Origin: a virus
Taxonomy: Duplodnaviria; Caudoviricetes
DNA: 59,543 bases
Virus record (IMG/VR): IMGVR_UViG_3300003267_000070
Span: 1-59,543 of that record
Reading direction: 5' to 3' (one strand)
In this document: piece after piece, positions 21,502-30,075 of the stretch
Numbering within the stretch: the stretch's first letter is position 1
How the letters are laid out: every line of letters begins with the position of its first letter
Made by a program: the position numbers and the translations under genes
The notes under the pieces: model-generated
Told to the model about the DNA's origin: nothing
What the model saw: the letters and a program-made list of their open reading frames with translations, nothing else
The model's database searches: none

Positions 21502-22761
21502 ATGCCATCCCCCCATCTGGAGGTGAGGAATCGCTTCATCGCCAAGCGTAACGGGGATACCTGTTACGGCTTGGGGGAATGGCGTCGATACTCGGCGGGA
21601 GCATGGGAATCCATACCGGAGCTGAAAATCCGTCATGAGATTCAGTTACTTGCAGCGAAGATACCCAAACTCCAGGTGACAAATGGTGTTGTGACTTCCG
21701 TAACTGAACTGGTACGGCAGTGTTTAGGAGTGTCGGATCTGTTATTCGACGCTAATCCGAACGTTATCGTCTTCGCCGACTGCGTGTTGGACTTACAAAC
21801 GTGGACAACCGTACCGCATTCACCGCTTCATTACGCGACCTCCAAGCTAGCCTTCAAATACGATCCCGCCGCAAGGCTGGATGAGTGGAACAGGTTCTTA
21901 CTTACTCTCCCCTACGCTGACTTTATGCGCCGGTTTGCCGGTTACTGCATGACCTCGGAGACGCGGTTTGAAACAGCCCTGTGGCTCTGGGGGCCACCAG
22001 GGGGCGGTAAGTCAACGTACATCGAGGCGTTGTGCGCCATGCTGGGAGCGAAGGCGTGCGTATTGGGACTGAGCGAAATCGAGCGGTCGCAATTCGCTCT
22101 CGCGCAGCTTCCCGGACGCACCCTGGCAGTCTCAACCGAACTACCAGGCCGACTGGTGCGAGCGACGCATATCATCAACGCGGTAATTTCAGGTGAGCTA
22201 ATTCCCGTCGAGCGCAAGTATCTTGACCCTTACGTCATCCGACCGCACGCTAAGATCATCTGGGGCATGAACGTCCTGCCGTCAATCGGCATGGAGGGCA
22301 TCGGTATGTTCCGGCGCATCCTACCCATCCACTTCCCCGCCATTCCCGAATCGGACCGTGACCCGGCGCTCAAGGAGGCCATCTTACATTCCCCGATGGC
22401 GGTGGCGAATTGGGCGCTGGAGGGATTAAAAGAGATCCAGCAAACAGGGCTATTAGGTATTCCATCCGATCTTATCGAAGCCCGCGAAACCTACCGCCAG
22501 AACAATGATCTAACCCTCAATTTTATTAACGAATCCTGCGAGAGAGACGAAAACCGGCGTACCAAAAACAGTCACCTATACCACGAATACAAGACCTGGA
22601 CGGTGAAAAATGGCCATCGTGCCGTTTCTATCCAAAATTTCAAATCCGACATGGATCGTCTCGGTTTCCAGTCTGTTCGCACCCATAACATACTGTACTG
22701 GATAGGGTTAGCCCCCGTCGATGACTCCACTCTCGACTCCGAGATAATAGTTGAAGAATAA
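21502..22761 (+). CDS. P4/D5-family superfamily 3 helicase lacking a primase domain
   Basis: D5_N-like region (F...VLDL......HSP..Y.T), Walker A GPPGGGKST, ERKY, N.LP, RR; C-terminal LY.EY..W...G winged helix. Confidence 0.9.
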   Translation: MPSPHLEVRNRFIAKRNGDTCYGLGEWRRYSAGAWESIPELKIRHEIQLLAAKIPKLQVTNGVVTSVTELVRQCLGVSDLLFDANPNVIVFADCVLDLQTWTTVPHSPLHYATSKLAFKYDPAARLDEWNRFLLTLPYADFMRRFAGYCMTSETRFETALWLWGPPGGGKSTYIEALCAMLGAKACVLGLSEIERSQFALAQLPGRTLAVSTELPGRLVRATHIINAVISGELIPVERKYLDPYVIRPHAKIIWGMNVLPSIGMEGIGMFRRILPIHFPAIPESDRDPALKEAILHSPMAVANWALEGLKEIQQTGLLGIPSDLIEARETYRQNNDLTLNFINESCERDENRRTKNSHLYHEYKTWTVKNGHRAVSIQNFKSDMDRLGFQSVRTHNILYWIGLAPVDDSTLDSEIIVEE

Positions 22762-22765
22762 CTTG

Positions 22766-22865
22766 AGGGTAGGGTAGGGTAGGGTTAATTTCCTATGTAG
22801 CTGTATTACTACGCGACGAATTAGTAGAGGCTACAATGGGTTTTCAGGTTACCCTACCCTACCCC
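22766..22865. repeat. Candidate replication origin: (AGGGT)4 and inverted ACCCT-ACCCT-ACCC around an imperfect palindrome
   Basis: AGGGT x4 at 22766-22785; ACCCTACCCTACCC at 22851; inner TGTAGC/GCTACA and TACTA/TAGTA; intergenic just after the helicase. Confidence 0.65.
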
Positions 22866-22875
22866 AAAACAATGT

Positions 22876-23196
22876 TTAATCGTCATCCGATCGCGCCTGT
22901 CGAAACGCCTTCATGCACACCGGGCCGATACCTTTAGCCATCGTCTCGGCGCTCTTGATTACATGGCCGCAGTTGAGGCAGCGACGGTAGCGGCGCATGA
23001 AAGCGATAGCGCGAGTAGTTGACATCCGATCTTCGGGATACAAGCGATACACTGCCCCGGTGTCGTACTCGAAGCGGTAGCGAGCGGCGTCTACTAGGCG
23101 CTTGGCGTAAAGTCGCGTGCTGTCACGGTTCATCTTGACGGCGTAGATTTCACCGTTGCGTTCGTAGATGCCGGGTACGAGACCGTTAATGGACAT
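22876..23196 (-). CDS. DUF6011-like zinc-binding protein
   Basis: CLNCGH.I......GIGPVC. Confidence 0.7.
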   Translation of the reverse strand: MSINGLVPGIYERNGEIYAVKMNRDSTRLYAKRLVDAARYRFEYDTGAVYRLYPEDRMSTTRAIAFMRRYRRCLNCGHVIKSAETMAKGIGPVCMKAFRQARSDDD

Positions 23197-23746
23197 TTCG
23201 GGACTCCTTCCGATGTCGATACGCCTCCCCCGCCTGCGACTTCCTCTCCACGGTCACAATCGTGTCGTTGTGCGCGCCGCCGTGAGTGACCAGCAGGATC
23301 TCCAGCATCTCGTAGTTACGCTTCAGGCCGAAGCCCAGGGAGTTCCAGCCGCAACAGATGGCGATACCCCCGGGCTTGAGAACGCGATCAAGTCCATTTT
23401 TGACTAACCGATACAGTCGTGCGCTCTGCGTATCCGACATCGCCGCCCTGCGTCCAATCCCCTGATAGCACTCGGCAATCTGACGGGGTGAGTAGGGTGG
23501 GTCGAACAGGACCGCATCAGCCTGTGTGCCGTTGAGTGACAGCACGAATTCCTCAGCGGGGAGGTGGTACAGAGCACCGGTCGTCGGATTCAGGTCGTTG
23601 GTTACGGTTCCGCGTGTCGAATTACGAGCAAAAGGATCGACGATCACTGTAGCACCCACCAGCCAGCGATCCAGTAGTCGCGCCACCGGAGGCAACGAGA
23701 ACGTCTCGTGATTAGGCATAGCAAACTCACGGCTGAAAGTAATCAT
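23186..23746 (-). CDS. Putative adenine-specific DNA methyltransferase
   Basis: FAMPN.ETF, VDPFA, TNDLNP, LFDPPYS.RQ..ECY, HGG.HNDTI. Confidence 0.8.
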   Translation of the reverse strand: MITFSREFAMPNHETFSLPPVARLLDRWLVGATVIVDPFARNSTRGTVTNDLNPTTGALYHLPAEEFVLSLNGTQADAVLFDPPYSPRQIAECYQGIGRRAAMSDTQSARLYRLVKNGLDRVLKPGGIAICCGWNSLGFGLKRNYEMLEILLVTHGGAHNDTIVTVERKSQAGEAYRHRKESRNVH

Positions 23747-23880
23747 CCCCGTCCCTTTCTGGCCGCCTCCCCCGCCAGCGCCCCGACCGCCCAGAGGCAC
23801 AGGGCGAGGGTGGTGGTGACGGCGAGGGTGATGATGACGAGGATCAGGAGCGCGAGGGTCAGGAGGGTGGTGGCGATCAT
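23743..23880 (-). CDS. 45-aa membrane microprotein (not in ORF track)
   Basis: GGAGG SD; MIATTLLTLALLILVIITLAVTTTLALCLWAVGALAGEAARKGRG; ATGA overlaps on both sides. Confidence 0.65.
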   Translation of the reverse strand: MIATTLLTLALLILVIITLAVTTTLALCLWAVGALAGEAARKGRG

Positions 23881-26263
23881 TGGTGCACCTCCACTCCCCG
23901 ACAGGTAGCAAGTACTCGATCTATCATTTCGTCAAGAGGTTCTACCTCCCGTCCGGCTAGGCAATCATCGAGACGCTGACTCATTGCTGCAAATATGCAC
24001 ATTCGCTCGGTGTCGCTTAATTTGTTACCCTTTTGTCGCTGCCGCCACCGTCGAATAAGAACCGCCATGCTGATAACGGTGACCACAAATATCGCTAAAG
24101 TTACTACTATCATCCCCTCACCTCCGTCTGATTTCCTGCGTCGCGTCACGCAGTCTTACGTCGCCGTCGTTTCGGCTTTCGCTCCGCTTCAATTTGCTGT
24201 CTAAGTAGTTCCAGTCCCTTCGCTCTCTGCTCGTTAAGAAACTCTTGTTCCTCCGGTCGCGATTTCAGCGTCACCATCGGCACGCCGAAGTGACCGCCGC
24301 CGTCGCAGACGAATTGCAGCCCGTTGCAGTAAGTGATCGCCGGAGCGCCGCAGAAACACCAGACCGACAGCGCTGAGTCATCACTAATAATTTGTCGATA
24401 CATCCATTGTGGTAAGTTCATCTGCCTGATCTCCTCTCAGGTTATAGCTTCTTTTGCGTCCTACGCCGTGTAGGAGCGATTTCTACCCCCGACCCCTACC
24501 CGTACAGCCTATCGCCACTCTTGACGCCTCCTATCCCTCTAATATGTCCTTTCTGAGCCATTAGAGCGCGTAGGACTGGCGATTACCCGTCGGCAATCAA
24601 ATCCAGCTTTGCGTTTAATTCGACGCGTCTCGCGGCCTCTATTGCGCAGATTTGGGTTTTAGTTCTTCCCCCGTCAGCCTAAGCGCTTCTTTCGCCTGTT
24701 CTATCAACCCCGATCTGCGCATAGTTTCCAAATCGTAGTTACAGTTATCCATTGCAAGGAACAGCTTGAGTGCCTCTACCAGCGCCGGATAGCTATTCGC
24801 CGCCTTGACGAGATAGATAGCATTTGCCCGTGCGTAGTCTCCACCTTCAAACTCGCGGTGATCACCGACGACTGCAACTTGCTCGCCATTCTTCCCGGAT
24901 ATGTTTGTCAGAAACGGGCCGCCTAGTCTCCATGGCAGCGGTGAGTGCGGTTGATTATCATCTATTGTATTCACCGTTTTTTCAACTCTTTCAATATCGA
25001 TTACGATCGCCTTCAAGTCCGCGCCGGTAAAGTCGCCATCAAGCGAAACAATACCGTTGTGGAATTTGACGTAGTTCGCAGCGTTAGAATGCTTCTGAGA
25101 CAACACTGCCTCATTTACGTCTCCTCGCTCGGGCGTTGCATCCGCGCGCTGCACCTTCTCCGTGCGGGCGTTGGCGCGACATATTTCCCTGTCGTTGTGT
25201 GGGTTCAGGCGCTTCTGAGTACCGTAAACAGCAGCAATCGGACAGCCTGTTTCGCTTAGTATCTCGTCACCATCAACGTCGTCACTCTGAATGCGCCACG
25301 GCAACGGTGAACGCTTCGGCTCCGTAGTGGTGGTCGCAGTCACAGGCAGTCTCCGGCATCCATCCCGCTCGCACGTATCCTCTTCAATCGTTATCCACAT
25401 GATCGTTCGCTCCTCTCGTTGGTTAGTGCTGGTCGGTTAGTTCACTAAACTGCAAATCCTCCAGCGCTTCACTGGCAGTTTCCTGCGTGACCGCATCGAT
25501 CTGCCGTACGGTGACGACCCATTTGAACCGCCAAACTCCAGAAGCGTTTTCCCTGTCTGCGACGGCTTGCGCCTGCCGTCTGGTAAGGTAACGTTTGGCA
25601 CCCTTGCGAAATCCCGTGGCAAGTCCGTCTGGTGTCAACCAAAAGCGAGTATTGCGCTGCTTGCCGGTTACAACGTAATGGTTTACAATCATCGTCCCTC
25701 GCTTCTTTGCCGGTGTTGTACTCACCTGAGTTTATCAAACGCACTACTTCCCCTCGTCCGCACCATGAACACGATAAAGAACGGAACGGTCAGGAATACC
25801 GGCTTATTTACGGCTCCCTCCATTCCGCGTAGTCAAACAGTAGTACGTCCTCGGGTTCGGTTTCCGAGTACATTGGCGGCAGGTAGCCCCAATCACCGCC
25901 GAAAGCAACTACTCCAGTTATCGGATTCCAATCAGCCCGGCAAGCAACCGGGAAGTGTCCCGGACTGGTATAGCCATTAAAATCAATGATACAAACCGAA
26001 TCGCTCATAATTTTCTCCGATAAAGAACAGGATGCCGAGTAGTAACGGGTCGTTCATCCTTCGCCCCTCACTCGCCGCTGCGCCGGCCACAGCTCGGTAG
26101 TCTTCCCCCGTGCCGCCAACCGCCCGTCACTATACGTCTCATAAGTCCTGGTGCTGAACTTCAACCCCGCGCGATCCAGTACCGCGCACAGGTCGTCATA
26201 CGCCGTCGCCGCATCTCTTGCACTAACCGTGATACTCACACCCTCAAAAATTACTTCGATCAT
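23877..26263 (-). other. Run of leftward hypothetical ORFs (23877..~24113 TM, 24146..24421, 24639..25400, 25423..25725, 25808..26008, 26054..26263)
   Basis: ORF track; 24639..25400 carries two SPLPW...ANA modules. Confidence 0.55.
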
Positions 26264-26376
26264 TTTCCCTCCTTCGGCTTGCGCCAGTCGTAACTCTTAC
26301 ACCTTGGACATTGCGCCGGTTCCACCGTTCGCTTGAACCACTCATGCCCGCAGCGTTTGCATTTCAGTTTATCCAT
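26260..26376 (-). CDS. 38-aa zinc-ribbon microprotein, leaderless (not in ORF track)
   Basis: MDKLKCKRCGHEWFKRTVEPAQCPRCKSYDWRKPKEGK; ATGA overlap with next gene. Confidence 0.8.
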   Translation of the reverse strand: MDKLKCKRCGHEWFKRTVEPAQCPRCKSYDWRKPKEGK

Positions 26377-26382
26377 GCCGAG

Positions 26383-26411
26383 TATTATACATATGATAAT
26401 AAGTAATACAA
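26383..26411 (-). promoter_or_regulatory. Leftward early promoter with palindromic operator candidate
   Basis: TTGTAT-16-TATAAT; TATTAT-ACATATG-ATAATA inverted repeat over -10 and spacer. Confidence 0.7.
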
Positions 26412-26554
26412 TGGCAGAATTACGCCAAGTTAATAAATTATTTTTCTCCGGTGATCGATTCGGGTATTGACGCTTAACCGGACTGTCCGCGCCGGTCAGG
26501 CTTGCGCCGCAGTTCCCACAGGGAGCCGAGGAAGGGGCTACCGATGCGTCTTAC

Positions 26555-26583
26555 TTGGCTTTGCCTCAAAAACCTGCTATGAT
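26555..26583 (+). promoter_or_regulatory. Rightward promoter for the non-coding region
   Basis: TTGGCT-17-TATGAT with TGn extension. Confidence 0.6.
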
Positions 26584-26589
26584 CCAAAA

Positions 26590-27110
26590 AATCAGATTGA
26601 CCGATGGGTGGATTAGGTTCTTTGAAAGGGGTAAACCGGAGAGCGTCTTAGGTGTTGGACAGCGAACTTGCGTCCACTCCCCTTCAGGAAAGAGTTTGAG
26701 AATTTATCGGATATTCCTAGTACCGATTGCGACAGAAAAGCCTTGGTCGAGTTTCAAACTCCAAGTTACGACGCCCGTCGCTATGGTGGCTGCTACCCAC
26801 TCAAACTCTGCGTCAACGCAACGGCGATTGTAACGCCGATATATGAAGTTGAACAAGGTCGTATTAAAGAATGGGGCTGGATTACTCCGAGCCCCGTTAT
26901 TCACTCGTTTGAGTTACGGTTCTTTGAATCAGGTTTTAGGGGCTCGCGCCCTAACACGGTAAGACCACAATCGTGATTCCCTCTTTCGAGAGTTTTACGA
27001 TAACCCACAAGCGACGGGGAATTCTCAGTGAAAAGGATATTCCACGTTGCTCCTTTCTTTTTCAAATTCGGCTCACGGTGTTAGTAGCATCGTGGGCCGA
27101 TTAGCTTTTC
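26590..27110 (+). ncRNA. Putative ~500-nt structured non-coding RNA / late-operon leader
   Basis: No convincing ORF; two GGTTCTTTGAA boxA-like copies; many nested stems incl. 10-bp AGAGTTTGAG/CTCAAACTCT, a UUCG hairpin and a 14-bp G-U-containing hairpin. Confidence 0.6.
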
Positions 27111-27181
27111 AGCCAACGGAACGGGACAAAGCCGTCTTACTTGCCGCCGTGGTTTATCCCCTTAGGGGTATTGACTTATGA

Positions 27182-27190
27182 TGGTACACT
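27182..27190 (+). promoter_or_regulatory. Extended -10 element TGnTACACT (late-promoter motif, copy 1)
   Basis: Same motif at 35696, 54654 and 57362, each intergenic and upstream of a late gene. Confidence 0.6.
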
Positions 27191-27204
27191 AAGCGCGGCG
27201 CGCA

Positions 27205-27594
27205 ATGGCTGATGAACAATGCCGGCTTCCGATGGTTCCCTGCCCCTTCTACATTCACGAAGGGGATGATTTTTCGCGGACGCTGACCTGGCGGCAAAGG
27301 ACGCATGGGTTGCCGGTTGATCTGACCGATTATCTTGCCGAGCTTTGGGTCAAGCCGACCGATCCTGACGGTGAAGAGTTTCTAGTCAGTTCCAACGGAA
27401 CATCGACGGCGGGAACGTCGATAGCGATTGACGGTCTCAACGGTATCGTAACCATCCTGATTACACGGGCGGTGATTCCCGGTCTAAGTCTTACGTCGGG
27501 GGCGCTTGGAAGGTTCGATCTGACCGACACGGCAAATATCAAGCGGGCGCAATTTCGAGTTCAGTTTATTTACAAGGGGAAATACGAGATCTAG
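27205..27594 (+). CDS. Virion-associated Ig-like protein (BppU-N-like)
   Basis: I.EGDDF...LTW.....PVDLT.Y.A.......G.VTI.IT pattern. Confidence 0.55.
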   Translation: MADEQCRLPMVPCPFYIHEGDDFSRTLTWRQRTHGLPVDLTDYLAELWVKPTDPDGEEFLVSSNGTSTAGTSIAIDGLNGIVTILITRAVIPGLSLTSGALGRFDLTDTANIKRAQFRVQFIYKGKYEI

Positions 27595-27609
27595 GACGTT
27601 AACGAGCCA

Positions 27610-28086
27610 TTGACCCAGGTTATTGACCAGCCCAACACCGTGACGGTACTGATTGACGCGCCTCCGTACCTGGAGTTGCAGCAGGAGGTAATTACCGTCA
27701 ATCTCATCGAGGGGTTGACGGTTATCGACGGTGCCGCACAGGGGCAGCGAGGCCCGGCGGGTACGCCTCGAATCGAAGTCCCCTTCTCGTTCGGTGACGC
27801 GACGCCGTTAACCTTGTTTACGGCACGCGCGGACAAGTTAATCCAGCAAATTTCGGTGTTTATCAATGAGCCCTTTGACGGGCTTGGGCCAATGCTGACG
27901 ATCGGGGATACCGACAACCCATCGTCGCTGATGACCGCTGTTGAAAATAATCCGGCGGAGGAAGCGGTGTATCGGGTGACGCCGAACCTGTCCTACGAAG
28001 CCGACACGCAGGTGCTGTTATTTATCACTCCCGGCCCCGGGGCGTCTCAGGGCTCGGGGTTAGTTGTTGTAGAAACGCAAAACTGA
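27610..28086 (+). CDS. Virion decoration/fibre-like protein
   Basis: Short collagen-like GQRGPAG; C-terminal beta domain paralogous to that of 28099..28788. Confidence 0.55.
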   Translation: MTQVIDQPNTVTVLIDAPPYLELQQEVITVNLIEGLTVIDGAAQGQRGPAGTPRIEVPFSFGDATPLTLFTARADKLIQQISVFINEPFDGLGPMLTIGDTDNPSSLMTAVENNPAEEAVYRVTPNLSYEADTQVLLFITPGPGASQGSGLVVVETQN

Positions 28087-28098
28087 AGGAGAGTCGAC

Positions 28099-28788
28099 AT
28101 GGCCTCAATCTGGCAAGACCTGCTTGGTACGACCAAAACATTCCTGAGAATCGGTTTCTCCGGTCCGCGGCTGAAGGACGTGTCGGGCAACCTGGCCATC
28201 CGCAACCCCGGCGACTCCGCCGACGCCGAGTTGACGACGGCTAAGCTCAACGTCAGTGGTAATGCCGTTGATCTCAACTCCGATGCGGCGGGTGCGGGTG
28301 TCGACTGGAAGTACACTCTGCAACGCCCCTCAAGCGGTATGGGCGCGGCGGTCACGCTTACCCTGCCGCCGGATGACGGCTCCCCTGATCAGGTGCTCAA
28401 GACGGACGGCAGCGGCGTGCTTAGCTGGACGAGCGCGGCGTCCACCGAGGCCAGTGATAAGATTGACACTACTACGCTGGCGTTTGATGCTACGTCGCCG
28501 GTAGCAATGTTTACCCTGCCGGCCAATGCCGTAATCGAAAAGATTCAGGTGATCATCGATACGGCGTTCGACGGCACGCCTTCTGCTTCAGTAGGTATCG
28601 CAGGCACGGTATCGAAGTACCTTGCGGCCACGGAGATCGACCTGACCATGCCCGCAACCACGGTGTTTGAGATCCATCCCGGCGTAGTCGCTCCGGGAGG
28701 AACGGAGGCATTGATTATCACTTACGCGCAAGGTGGAGCGACCGCGGGATCGGCAAGGTTCCTGGTGTTCTACGCAATACCCAGCTAG
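28099..28788 (+). CDS. Virion fibre/decoration-like protein
   Basis: LTLPPDDGSPDQVLKTDGSGVLSW fibre motif; LPANAVI..I.V.IDTAFDG domain; AAGGAG SD. Confidence 0.65.
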   Translation: MASIWQDLLGTTKTFLRIGFSGPRLKDVSGNLAIRNPGDSADAELTTAKLNVSGNAVDLNSDAAGAGVDWKYTLQRPSSGMGAAVTLTLPPDDGSPDQVLKTDGSGVLSWTSAASTEASDKIDTTTLAFDATSPVAMFTLPANAVIEKIQVIIDTAFDGTPSASVGIAGTVSKYLAATEIDLTMPATTVFEIHPGVVAPGGTEALIITYAQGGATAGSARFLVFYAIPS

Positions 28789-28805
28789 GTGGTTAATAGC
28801 GTCTA

Positions 28806-29324
28806 ATGGCTGACGTTTGGTCGGATCTAGTCGGCACCATCAAGTCCGTCTTTCGCGTCGGCTTCGGCAGGGCGGTAATTGACGCCGGTTCCCTCTCTAC
28901 GGAGCGTACATTCACCCTGCCGAATAAAGCCGGTACGGTTGCACTCCTTGACGACGTGGAAGCCAACCCGCCCATTACGCTTGACGCCGCCGAGGATCTG
29001 ACTGCCGGCGACTTGGTAAACATCTTCGACGACTTAGGTACGACGAAAGTCCAGTTAGCCGATGCAAGTGCGAATAAGCAAGCTGACGGGTTTGTAGCCG
29101 AGGATGTTACAAACGGCGATCCCGCGGAGGTATTCAACAGTGGGGTGAATACCGGAGTCTCAGGCTTAACTGGAGGCTTGGAGTACTATCTATCGGCTTC
29201 CACGCCGGGAGGTATTACGGCAACCGCGCCCACCGGCTCAGGCAATCTCGTACAGCGTATAGGCAAGGCGGTGAGTACGACTTCACTACAGTTCAGTAAG
29301 GGAACCGTGTTTAAGCGAGGATAG
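28806..29324 (+). CDS. Virion fibre/cement-like protein
   Basis: RTFTLPNKAGTVALL fibre motif; AAEDL.AGD.V...LADA...GL..G..YYLS..PG.IT domain. Confidence 0.65.
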   Translation: MADVWSDLVGTIKSVFRVGFGRAVIDAGSLSTERTFTLPNKAGTVALLDDVEANPPITLDAAEDLTAGDLVNIFDDLGTTKVQLADASANKQADGFVAEDVTNGDPAEVFNSGVNTGVSGLTGGLEYYLSASTPGGITATAPTGSGNLVQRIGKAVSTTSLQFSKGTVFKRG

Positions 29325-29333
29325 GAGGTTAGA

Positions 29334-29558
29334 GTGATCGTCCTTAGAGAACTACCCATTGAGAGTCTACCCGAGTACACATACGGGCACGGCAGTATTG
29401 ACGTCGTTAATGATTACTCGAAGTATCCGCGTGAAACGCAACCTCCAATCATCGTGGATGGGAATAACGACGTTGTTGACGGTCAGCGCCGGCTAGGAGC
29501 AAGCCGCAAGCGTGGAGATGTAACAATTACGGCGTGGATAGAGGTTTCTGTTACCTGA
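29334..29558 (+). CDS. Minimal ParB/Srx-like protein
   Basis: PPIIVD....VVDGQRRL.A...G...I; GGAGG SD. Confidence 0.6.
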   Translation: MIVLRELPIESLPEYTYGHGSIDVVNDYSKYPRETQPPIIVDGNNDVVDGQRRLGASRKRGDVTITAWIEVSVT

Positions 29559-29567
29559 AGCGATCTA

Positions 29568-30071
29568 ATGGCTCAACGTAACTACCTCGTCTCCACTACC
29601 GGCCTCTCGCTAACCGCCAGTGGTACGACAATCGGTTCCGGCAACGTCTCGGCGGCGGGCTTTGTAGTCGCACGTACGCTGGTCCGCACGGGCCTGACGG
29701 CAGGTGAGCTTGACGGCGCATCTCAGATCTGGACCATCCACTATGTCGTCTCAGCCATGACCACGCCCTATAATATGCGGCTGAAGCTGCAACGGCGTAA
29801 CTCCGGCGGTACGGTACAAAGTGAGTCGTCCTACGGTACGACGAGATCGGCGACAGGTACCTATGACGACAACATTACCTGGGCCTCGGGAGCGTGGGCT
29901 GCGAACGATCAACTAGCCCTCGTCTGGGAACACGAACGGCCTTCGGGATCAGGGAACAAGAACGGAACAATAGACGCCAATGGGGCGAGTTACGTGGACG
30001 CGCCAACGCCGGGATTACCTTTCTTCATTCAACAGGCTAACCTGAGAGGCGGCTTTGATCAAAAAGGCTAA
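29568..30071 (+). CDS. Beta-rich putative virion protein
   Basis: Thr/Gly/Ser-rich, in structural operon. Confidence 0.55.
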   Translation: MAQRNYLVSTTGLSLTASGTTIGSGNVSAAGFVVARTLVRTGLTAGELDGASQIWTIHYVVSAMTTPYNMRLKLQRRNSGGTVQSESSYGTTRSATGTYDDNITWASGAWAANDQLALVWEHERPSGSGNKNGTIDANGASYVDAPTPGLPFFIQQANLRGGFDQKG

Positions 30072-30075
30072 CTAG

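Noticed and set aside
23747-23911. His/Pro-rich N-terminal extension of the methyltransferase
   Set aside because: Off-frame reading of a separate 45-aa membrane ORF (23743..23880)
26623-26686. tRNA gene
   Set aside because: Branched fold but no GTTCRA T-arm, D-arm or anticodon arm geometry
26555-26976. ORFs 26555..26833(+), 26668..26976(+) and 26704..26904(-) as genes
   Set aside because: TTG/GTG starts without SD (one is the -35 box), mutually overlapping, no protein-like motifs; region better explained as structured RNA
26526-27140. RNase P RNA resemblance (GAGGAAGGGGC ... ACAAAGCCGTCTTA)
   Set aside because: P4 consensus GAGGAAAGUCC is not matched, the span is too long, and the 5' part lies upstream of the predicted promoter
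29334-29558. Plasmid-prophage partition system
   Set aside because: No ParA, no DNA-binding domain and no parS-like array
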